Part shown: one piece after another, positions 16,128 to 22,618 of the stretch
Layout: the number at the start of each line of letters is the position of its first letter
How positions within the stretch are numbered: position 1 is the stretch's first letter
From: a virus
Length of the DNA stretch: 63,101 nt
Direction: 5' to 3' (one strand)
IMG/VR virus record: IMGVR_UViG_3300035667_000002
Program-made: the position numbers and the translations under genes
Notes under the pieces: model-generated
What the model saw: the letters and a program-made list of their open reading frames with translations, nothing else
What the model was told of the DNA's origin: nothing
Databases searched by the model: none

Positions 16128-16819
16128 TGACTAACCTGTTGTGCGCCACTCCGCTCCAGGGGTCCTCGCTCCGCGTGACCCGGCTGGACGAGTGTGGCAA
16201 CCCTGAGTTCGGAGAGTGCGCGTTCGCGGTCTCGGACGGTTTCGTCCAGGCCGTGCTTACCCCGAACACCGAAGAGGGCGAGCGCTTCCTCCAGCGCAAC
16301 GCCTCGGGCGCGGCGATGGTCAACCAGCGCGGCCGGCCCCTGCTCAACTGGTATGACGTCTCGATCCAGTTCCAGGAAGTCGACCCTGAGCTGTTCACGA
16401 TCATCACGGGCCTGGACCCGTACATGGATGACCAGGACAACGTGATCGGGTTCCCGGTGACGGAGACCAACTTCGCTACGGCCAACTTTGCCCTTGAGGC
16501 GTGGATGGGCAACGCGGAAGAGGAGTGCCTCCCGGGCGACGCGTTCCCGTTCTTCGGGTACAACCTGTTGCCGTGGGTGGTCGAGGGCGCGCTGGCCGAG
16601 AACATCACGATCGCCAACGCGCTGATCACCTTCACCGTGAACGGGCGCACCCGCAAGGGCACCCCGTGGGGCGTCGGTCCGTACGACGTCGTTCGCGACG
16701 CCAGCTCGAACCCGAGCCCGCTCTTCACGGCCATCCCGTCGGACACGCACCACCTCCCGATCTGGACCCAGTTGGCTCCGCCGGAGCCCTCGTGCGGTTG
16801 CCAGAGCCTGAGTTCCTGA
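16127..16819 (+). CDS. putative major tail protein
   Basis: 230 aa. ATGA-type overlap, and a very strong hairpin follows (16831..16875). No other tube candidate lies before the tape measure. Confidence 0.45.
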   Translation: MTNLLCATPLQGSSLRVTRLDECGNPEFGECAFAVSDGFVQAVLTPNTEEGERFLQRNASGAAMVNQRGRPLLNWYDVSIQFQEVDPELFTIITGLDPYMDDQDNVIGFPVTETNFATANFALEAWMGNAEEECLPGDAFPFFGYNLLPWVVEGALAENITIANALITFTVNGRTRKGTPWGVGPYDVVRDASSNPSPLFTAIPSDTHHLPIWTQLAPPEPSCGCQSLSS

Positions 16820-16830
16820 CCAATCGAGCA

Positions 16831-16875
16831 CAGGCCGGCCACCGAACGTCCCCCCAGACCCCGGTGGCCGGCCTG
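16831..16875 (+). terminator. strong hairpin (terminator/attenuator) after putative major tail gene
   Basis: CAGGCCGGCCACCG...CGGTGGCCGGCCTG, 14-bp stem. Confidence 0.55.
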
Positions 16876-16898
16876 CTCTACAACGGAGGGGAGCCCTC

Positions 16899-17237
16899 GT
16901 GGGCTTCAACAACGCGGGCCTGACCGCCATCCTCACGGCTGGTGAGAGCACCACGCTCTGGGTCGGCATCGGGTCCGCCGCCACCGACGGGAGCCAGACC
17001 TCGGGTCAGCGTCGCCAGGCCACGCTCGACGCGGTGACCGGCGTGCTGGAGGCGACCAACGAACCGTTCGACTACACCGGCTCGGCCGGCGCTGCCGCAA
17101 CGCACGCGCTGTTCTACTCCGCGAGCACCGGGGGCACGTTCTACGGGTCCAAGGCGATGACCGGGGACGCGACGTTCAACGCGGCCGGTACCTACTCGAT
17201 CACCTCGTTCGCCATCCCAGCTACCAGCCCGGCGTAA
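16899..17237 (+). CDS. virion-associated hypothetical protein
   Basis: GTG start after GGAGGGGAG. 112 aa, Ala/Gly/Thr-rich. Confidence 0.5.
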   Translation: MGFNNAGLTAILTAGESTTLWVGIGSAATDGSQTSGQRRQATLDAVTGVLEATNEPFDYTGSAGAAATHALFYSASTGGTFYGSKAMTGDATFNAAGTYSITSFAIPATSPA

Positions 17238-17240
17238 CCC

Positions 17241-18410
17241 GTGGCCGCGATCAAGGGCGTCTCTCCCTCGGTCACGGCCGGCGGTCAGGTCGGGTTTCTG
17301 GGCACGTGGCCGACGACCGGCACCATCACCCCGGTCATGCCCACGGGCGGCGGCGCGCCGGCCGCCGGGGACCTGATCGTCCTCCCGGTCTACAACCGAG
17401 TCACCACGGCCACGGTCAACGACGTGACCGGGTACACCCGGCTGACCACGAGCGATTTCACCTCGGGCGCGAACACGGCTGAACTCTGGGCCAAGATCGC
17501 CGCTGGAGGGGACGCGGCGCCGACGTGCACCTCCACTCCCACGGGCCAGCCGATGGCCGCGCTCCTGATCGTGGTCGAGGACTGGTCCGGTGACCTGGCG
17601 GACCTCGTGGCCGCCGTCGCCGGTTCGACCGGTGCGACCGTGACGTGTCCGGACGCCACCGCGACCGACGATGACTCGCTGGTCCTGCGGATCGGGTTCC
17701 AGCAGGACGACAACGGCGGACTTGGCGACCCGACGCCACCGCCGTACACGCCGTGGGTTCCGCCGGCCGGTCATACCTCGGTGTTCTACGAGGTGACCAT
17801 GGCCGGCTCGGACGCGGGTATGGCCGTGGCCACCGAGACGGCCGACACCGGGGCCGTCGGTGTGGGCGGGTTCGGCACCAACGGCGCGGACGCGGGTATC
17901 GGTTTCACGCTGATCATTCCGCCGAACGGTGATGTCCCCCCGAGCGTCGGCGCGGTCTCCGCACCGATCGCACTGGACGTAGCCGTGGCGGGCTCCAGGG
18001 CTTCCCAGGGGGCCGTGAGCACTGCCATGGTCCTGGACGCCACCATCGTCGGTTCAGCCCGGCACGCGGGCGCTGTGTCCGCTCCCGTGGTGCTCGACAT
18101 CGCGGTCTCGGGCGCGCGCGAGAGCGCGGGCGCGGTGAGCGCACCTCTCAGCCTTGACTGTGAAGTGTCAGGAGCGCGAGACTCGCTGGGCTCGGTCTCG
18201 GCCCCCCTGGTCCTTGACATTGAAGTGTCAGGGTCACGGCCGGCGGCCGGCGCGGTCTCGGTCGGGATCGAGCTGGATATCGAGGTGCACGGCTCGAACG
18301 GTCAGTCCGGCCGGCCCGTCAAGACCTGGCCCTACGGCACGGAGCCGATCTCCGGGTACCCGTGGGCCCCCCGGCCTGTAAAGTCGTTCCAGGAGGTCGA
18401 TCAGCCGTGA
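17241..18410 (+). CDS. structural protein with six 20-aa tandem repeats
   Basis: C-terminal third consists of GAVSAPxxLDxxVSGxRxxx repeated 6 times (nt 17949..18308). Confidence 0.6.
   Translation: MAAIKGVSPSVTAGGQVGFLGTWPTTGTITPVMPTGGGAPAAGDLIVLPVYNRVTTATVNDVTGYTRLTTSDFTSGANTAELWAKIAAGGDAAPTCTSTPTGQPMAALLIVVEDWSGDLADLVAAVAGSTGATVTCPDATATDDDSLVLRIGFQQDDNGGLGDPTPPPYTPWVPPAGHTSVFYEVTMAGSDAGMAVATETADTGAVGVGGFGTNGADAGIGFTLIIPPNGDVPPSVGAVSAPIALDVAVAGSRASQGAVSTAMVLDATIVGSARHAGAVSAPVVLDIAVSGARESAGAVSAPLSLDCEVSGARDSLGSVSAPLVLDIEVSGSRPAAGAVSVGIELDIEVHGSNGQSGRPVKTWPYGTEPISGYPWAPRPVKSFQEVDQP
18154..18171. promoter_or_regulatory. intragenic operator-like palindrome
   Basis: TTGACtgtgaagtGTCAg in repeat 4 of 17241..18410. 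Confidence 0.45.
18214..18231. promoter_or_regulatory. intragenic operator-like palindrome
   Basis: TTGACattgaagtGTCAg in repeat 5, exactly 60 nt from the previous site. Confidence 0.45.
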
Positions 18411-19219
18411 CAATGCCGTGCGCGTGGGACGTGGTGGTGCCGTCCGCGTTGTGTGCCGACTGGGACGCTCGGCCCCAGCAGATCAAGGACGCGGCCCTGT
18501 GGCTGGCGTCCGACTACCTGTGGGCGGGCACCGGCCGTCAGTACGGGCCTTGCCCGGTGACGGTCCGGCCGCTCCAGTCCAACTACCTGGACCCGGCCTA
18601 CCGGGCCTATCCGGTCTGGCCCGGCCACGATCCGGGCGTGGCCCCCTATCCCTACCTGTTCGCGGGGAATTGGTTCAACGCGGGATGCGGCTCGCGATGC
18701 TGCTCCTCGCGGTCGTGCGACGTCGTTCTCCGGGGCCCGCTCACGGAGATCGATGAGGTCCTGGTCAACGGGGAGGTTGTCCCGGCCAGCTCCTACCGCG
18801 TCGACTACGCCACGGGCGCGTACCGCCTGGTTCGCACCGATGGCCAGTGCTGGCCGACGTGCCAGACCATCGAGGCCGAGCACGACGAACCGGGCGCGTT
18901 CGCGGTCACCTACCTGTACGGGCGCGAGGTGCCCGAGGTCCTGGCCATCGCCACCGCCGCTCTCGCGTGCCAGTACGGCAAGCTCCTGGGCGGCGGCGCG
19001 TGCGCGCTACCCGCGCGCATGACCCGGCTCTCTCGCCAGGGTGTGGAGGTCGAGGTCGCACCGGCCGACCCGGCCGAGGGCCTGACCGGGATCAAACTGG
19101 TGGACGACGTGATCAGCCTGTTGAACCCGAGCAAGCGGCGCTCTCCCCCCGTGGTGCTGAGCCCGGATCTCCAGGAAGCGTGCGACCGCTGGACGATCAT
19201 CCCGGCCGGGGGTAGCTGA
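18407..19219 (+). CDS. head-to-tail adaptor/connector protein (putative)
   Basis: AGGAGG lies 11 nt upstream of the GTG. The N-terminal MPCAWDVVVPSALCADW... is like actinophage head-tail connectors. Confidence 0.5.
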   Translation: MTMPCAWDVVVPSALCADWDARPQQIKDAALWLASDYLWAGTGRQYGPCPVTVRPLQSNYLDPAYRAYPVWPGHDPGVAPYPYLFAGNWFNAGCGSRCCSSRSCDVVLRGPLTEIDEVLVNGEVVPASSYRVDYATGAYRLVRTDGQCWPTCQTIEAEHDEPGAFAVTYLYGREVPEVLAIATAALACQYGKLLGGGACALPARMTRLSRQGVEVEVAPADPAEGLTGIKLVDDVISLLNPSKRRSPPVVLSPDLQEACDRWTIIPAGGS

Positions 19220-19220
19220 G

Positions 19221-19790
19221 ATGGCCGTAGCCGACCCGGTAGTGATGCCCCTGGCTCGCCAGCTCCTGGCGTGCCTGGACGTCGAGATCCAGAAGGTCGC
19301 GAGCCCGCCGGCACACGTCCAGCTCCGCATCGGCACCGTGGTTGACCACCTCATCAGCTTGGCCGGTGACGAGTGCTGCGAGGGCCTCGCGTGGGTGCGC
19401 CCGGCCGGGTTCTACCCGATGGGCGCGGTGTTCCCGGACCAGCTCTCGGCGCCGATCAAGGGCAACAAGACCGGTGCCGTGGCCTGGGTGGTCCAGCTCG
19501 AAATGGGGGCCATCCGGTGTTTCCCGACGCCGGAGCCCGATGACCTGATCACCGGGACCCAGTGGGACACGGTCACCCAGGCGGTGATGGACGACGCGGC
19601 GGCCATGCGGCGCGCGCTGTGCTGCATGATCGCGGAGATCAACGAGGACCGGCCCGGCCTGGGCCCGCTGCGCGTGCTCGCGGGGATCTGGCAACCGATC
19701 TCGAACGAGGGCGGTTGCACCGGGGGCATCCTGCCGATCACAATCCAGGGCCCGGCCTGTGACTGCCAGGACGCCGGCCCCGTCAGTTAG
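19221..19790 (+). CDS. head-tail joining protein (putative)
   Basis: Called from its position in the neck module. 189 aa. Terminator 19803..19832 follows. Confidence 0.45.
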   Translation: MAVADPVVMPLARQLLACLDVEIQKVASPPAHVQLRIGTVVDHLISLAGDECCEGLAWVRPAGFYPMGAVFPDQLSAPIKGNKTGAVAWVVQLEMGAIRCFPTPEPDDLITGTQWDTVTQAVMDDAAAMRRALCCMIAEINEDRPGLGPLRVLAGIWQPISNEGGCTGGILPITIQGPACDCQDAGPVS

Positions 19791-19802
19791 CCGAAATGAT
19801 GA

Positions 19803-19832
19803 CCGCCTCCAGACCCGAAGGTCTGGAGGCGG
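19803..19832. terminator. hairpin terminator
   Basis: CCGCCTCCAGAC-ccgaag-GTCTGGAGGCGG between convergent genes. Confidence 0.6.
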
Positions 19833-19884
19833 GGTGCCCTTAGATTGAGGCCGTCCGGGCACCTACGGCCTTGGTACGTCGAGC

Positions 19885-20034
19885 CTAACGGACCGCCGTC
19901 TGGGTCACGGCCGGCGCACTCTTCCACTGGCCGGAGCCGTCATCGGGCTGGCACGCGAACAGTGTCCCGACGACCAGCGCGCCGATCATGCCCATGATCG
20001 CGGCCCGGCGGGTGATGGCGATAGCGACAGTCAT
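19885..20034 (-). CDS. small putative lipoprotein (49 aa)
   Basis: GAGGGGG RBS. Signal-like helix ending in LFAC (lipobox-like). Degenerate promoter 20072..20100. Not in the ORF track as a separate start. Confidence 0.4.
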   Translation of the reverse strand: MTVAIAITRRAAIMGMIGALVVGTLFACQPDDGSGQWKSAPAVTQTAVR

Positions 20035-20071
20035 TTGACCCCCTCGAATTGGCAGAACATCTGTCAATCTC

Positions 20072-20100
20072 ACTTTACAGGACTGACGTCGAGGTGTCCA
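20072..20100 (-). promoter_or_regulatory. degenerate copy of conserved promoter
   Basis: TGGACAcctcgacgtcagtcctgTAAAGT. It lies in the 3' end of the XRE gene, upstream of 19885..20034. Confidence 0.4.
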
Positions 20101-20287
20101 GCACGGCCTCCAGGCGGAGCCCGAGCGCGGCGGCCCACGCGTTGAGCGAGTGGAGCCGGGGGTCAACCTTGCCGGCCTCCCACTGCCAGATCGTATTCTG
20201 GCTCTTCTCCAACTTGTCCGCGAGCACCATCTGGGACCAGCCCAGCTCGATCCGCCGTGCCTTGAAAGTTGCGATGACACTGTTCAT
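20075..20287 (-). CDS. XRE/Cro-CI family HTH regulator (70 aa), leaderless
   Basis: LGWSQMVLADKLEKSQNTIWQWEAGK is a classic XRE HTH. The ATG lies 7 nt after the TAAGGT -10. Confidence 0.7.
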   Translation of the reverse strand: MNSVIATFKARRIELGWSQMVLADKLEKSQNTIWQWEAGKVDPRLHSLNAWAAALGLRLEAVLDTSTSVL

Positions 20288-20294
20288 GGTGTCG

Positions 20295-20323
20295 ACCTTA
20301 CAGCCATCACGGCGAGGTGACAA
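20295..20323 (-). promoter_or_regulatory. promoter of XRE gene (leaderless)
   Basis: TTGTCAcctcgccgtgatggctgTAAGGT, then 7 nt to the ATG. Confidence 0.55.
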
Positions 20324-20356
20324 GCGCGCTTCTGCTTAGACGGCTAGCCTGGTGGC

Positions 20357-20785
20357 ATGGTCGCCCACTCGCTCCGGATGGACCCGGGCAAGCTCACCGC
20401 CGTGGGCATCGCGGGCACCCGCAAAGAGGTGTCACGGTTCAACCGGCGCGTGTTCAACCGGTCCCAGATCCTGGTCCCGGTGGACAACGGGATCTTGCGG
20501 GCCTCGGGGAGGATGCTGCCCACCGTGGTTGTCGGGAGCCTCGTGCGCTCGGGCGTGAGCTATGACGCGGAGTACGCGGCGGCGGTGCACAACGGCCGGC
20601 GCGCTCTGACCATCCGGGCAGGGATCAGGGCCAACGGCAAGCGGGGCAAACTCCGGTTCATCGTCAACGGCCGGGTGGTCTACGCGACCCAGGTTCACCA
20701 GCCGGCGCGTGCCGGCCGGCCGTACCTGGCGGACGCGCTCCGCGAGGAAGCCGCTCGATCCGGATGGGCCGTTCGCATCGGCTGA
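20357..20785 (+). CDS. HK97 gp10-like neck/tail-completion protein
   Basis: The VPVDNGILRASG segment and the overall pattern resemble the HK97 gp10 family. Confidence 0.6.
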   Translation: MVAHSLRMDPGKLTAVGIAGTRKEVSRFNRRVFNRSQILVPVDNGILRASGRMLPTVVVGSLVRSGVSYDAEYAAAVHNGRRALTIRAGIRANGKRGKLRFIVNGRVVYATQVHQPARAGRPYLADALREEAARSGWAVRIG

Positions 20786-20809
20786 GATGTCCCCCCGGAC
20801 GGTGCTACT

Positions 20810-21277
20810 GTGACACCCATGACAGAGACCGAGGAGCCGGCGGCCGAAGCGATGACCGTCGAGGTGCCGTTCCAGGGCCGAACCCTGCACATGAACATGC
20901 CGACGCCGGAACAGATCCTCGTCTGGCGGCGCACGGTGAAGCGGTTCGAGGGCCTGGACGCTACCCAGATCAGCACGGCGGCCGAGGCGCTCGACGCGGT
21001 AGACCGGTGCGTCCGCATCGTCACCAGCCTGTTCGCGCTCCCCAAGGACGTGGATTGGCTTGACGATGAGATGTTGGAGAAGAACGTCACGTTCGGTCAC
21101 ATCATCGTTCTGTTCGGTGACACCGTGGAGTCGTTCGGCGCGATGGCCCGCGAGGCATCCGGCGCGGACGACAACCGCGAGAGCCGGCGCGCGGCGGCCA
21201 AGGCCCCGGCCAAGAAGGTCACCCGCAAGCGGGCGGCCAAGTCCGCTCCCCCCAAGGGTGGGAGGGTGTCCAGATGA
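20810..21277 (+). CDS. tail assembly chaperone (putative)
   Basis: Acidic N-terminus and basic C-tail. Lies upstream of the tape measure. A C6A run near its end is a possible -1 slip site. Confidence 0.5.
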   Translation: MTPMTETEEPAAEAMTVEVPFQGRTLHMNMPTPEQILVWRRTVKRFEGLDATQISTAAEALDAVDRCVRIVTSLFALPKDVDWLDDEMLEKNVTFGHIIVLFGDTVESFGAMAREASGADDNRESRRAAAKAPAKKVTRKRAAKSAPPKGGRVSR

Positions 21278-21549
21278 CTACCCAGACGCACAACCCAGAC
21301 GAGGGCTCGGTCTCGGGCCTGATCGAGCGTGCCGGCGCGCGGCACTACTCCACGACCCACATCGTCCAGTTCTTCGCGTACGAGCACCTCCGGCCGGACC
21401 TGGCCGAGGTCTCCAAGGGGTTCGCGGACCTCATGCTCGCGCTCCTGACCAAGCTCTCCGACGGGCCCGAGCTGACCGTGGCGCTGCGCAAGCTGTTGGA
21501 GGCCAAGGACGCGGCGGTCCGCCAGGCTCTGCTCGACGCGGGTCTGTGA
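21274..21549 (+). CDS. tail assembly chaperone partner or independent small protein
   Basis: ATGA overlap with a GGGAGGG RBS. It is in the -1 frame relative to 20810..21277. Confidence 0.45.
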   Translation: MTTQTHNPDEGSVSGLIERAGARHYSTTHIVQFFAYEHLRPDLAEVSKGFADLMLALLTKLSDGPELTVALRKLLEAKDAAVRQALLDAGL

Positions 21550-22262
21550 CCTACGAGGTAGATCCCGAGGCGTCGCTGGCGCTCTGGGATCTGGACCTGG
21601 AACTCGGGGGCCGGCACTTCATCGTGCCGGCCCTCCCCGCGTCGGACTGGTTCCCGATCCTTTTGTCCGGGGATGTCTCCCTGGTTCTTGACTCGATCGT
21701 GTCAACGCCAGGTTCGCAGGGTACCGACCCCCTGGAGCTTCTGCTGGAGGGCAAGCTCACCGCCGAGGAGCTGGGCGAACGGCTACTTGAGGCGGTCGAG
21801 TCCGCCGCCGGCCGGCCGTTCGGCGTGGCCGTGGTCCTGGCGTACGCGGCCACCCAACGCTGGCCTGCGGTCAATGGCCGCCTTGTGCTCGCGGGGTTCG
21901 ACTGGACCGAGCGGCCCCTGGGCGCGGCCCTCGATGCGATCTACGCGGTGTTCACCGAGAACCAGAACGAGGAAGGCCGGGCCAAGTTCGAGGCCCTGCT
22001 GGAGACGCCGATCAACACCGGCCCCAAGGGTACGATCCGCAAGGCCGATCAGGCCAGGGTGGAAGAGGGGTTCGCCGCGCTCGCGGGGCCCAAGCCCACT
22101 ACGGGCGCTGTGCGAGCCATCGGCGCGCCGTCCGACGGTGCACGTTCCAGAACTCGGACACCGCCGCGATCTCTCCCCCAGGGCGCAGCGTCCGGCGCGC
22201 CCACGAAGCGACCACGGCCACGCGCTGGAAGTGGTCCGGCGGCCAGCTCCGCAGGCCCGTAG
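21546..22262 (+). CDS. tail-associated protein (possible chaperone)
   Basis: GTGA overlap. GC3 is good up to about 22100. The last 160 nt have poor GC3 and overlap the reverse gene 22099..22545. Confidence 0.5.
   Translation: MTYEVDPEASLALWDLDLELGGRHFIVPALPASDWFPILLSGDVSLVLDSIVSTPGSQGTDPLELLLEGKLTAEELGERLLEAVESAAGRPFGVAVVLAYAATQRWPAVNGRLVLAGFDWTERPLGAALDAIYAVFTENQNEEGRAKFEALLETPINTGPKGTIRKADQARVEEGFAALAGPKPTTGAVRAIGAPSDGARSRTRTPPRSLPQGAASGAPTKRPRPRAGSGPAASSAGP
21688..21705. promoter_or_regulatory. intragenic operator-like palindrome
   Basis: TTGACtcgatcgtGTCAA in 21546..22262. Confidence 0.45.
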
Positions 22263-22545
22263 GGCGCGGCATGGCCAACATGCGGAGCTGAGCCTCGGCA
22301 TCACCCGCGAGAGCGGCTCCGGCCACCTGGCCGATCTGCCTCATCGGCAACTGGGAGAGCACGGTCGAGGTGATGGGCGGCCGGAGATCGTGTGGCTCCT
22401 CGCGGCGCGCGATCAGGCACAACTCCACCACACCGGGCAGCGATGGATCGTCGGACATACGCACCCGTACGGTCCACGGCCAGGCCGGATCTACCAGCTC
22501 GATCTCGTCTCCGAGGTTCGAGAGCTGGGTCCGTGAGACATCCAT
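22099..22545 (-). CDS. reverse-strand protein with C-terminal HTH-like segment
   Basis: GC3 is strongly in favour of this strand. C-terminal NVHRRTARRWLAQ. TAGGAT lies 6 nt upstream of the ATG, so it may be leaderless. Confidence 0.6.
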   Translation of the reverse strand: MDVSRTQLSNLGDEIELVDPAWPWTVRVRMSDDPSLPGVVELCLIARREEPHDLRPPITSTVLSQLPMRQIGQVAGAALAGDAEAQLRMLAMPRPTGLRSWPPDHFQRVAVVASWARRTLRPGGEIAAVSEFWNVHRRTARRWLAQRP

Positions 22546-22618
22546 CGGGCCATCCTAGCCCAAATGTCACCGTGTCTGGACTCGCTGTGACACCGTACGG
22601 CACCGTACGCTGGCGGCT

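Larger units (their letters stand above)
17949..18308 (+). repeat. six in-frame 60-nt tandem repeats
   Basis: Each encodes GAVSAPxxLDxxVSGxRxxx. Boundaries fall every 60 nt from 17949. Confidence 0.8.

Noticed and set aside
18373-18384. GCCTGTAAAGT (-10 half of the promoter motif) inside the end of 17241..18410 as an internal promoter for the neck genes
   Set aside because: There is no -35-like element at the right distance (GGTACC region). It may be chance or a weak -10-only promoter, and the evidence is insufficient.
21060-22262. 400-aa ORF spanning the chaperone region
   Set aside because: Its first 480 nt overlap 20810..21277 and 21274..21549, which have better coding signal. Only the part from GTG 21546 was kept.
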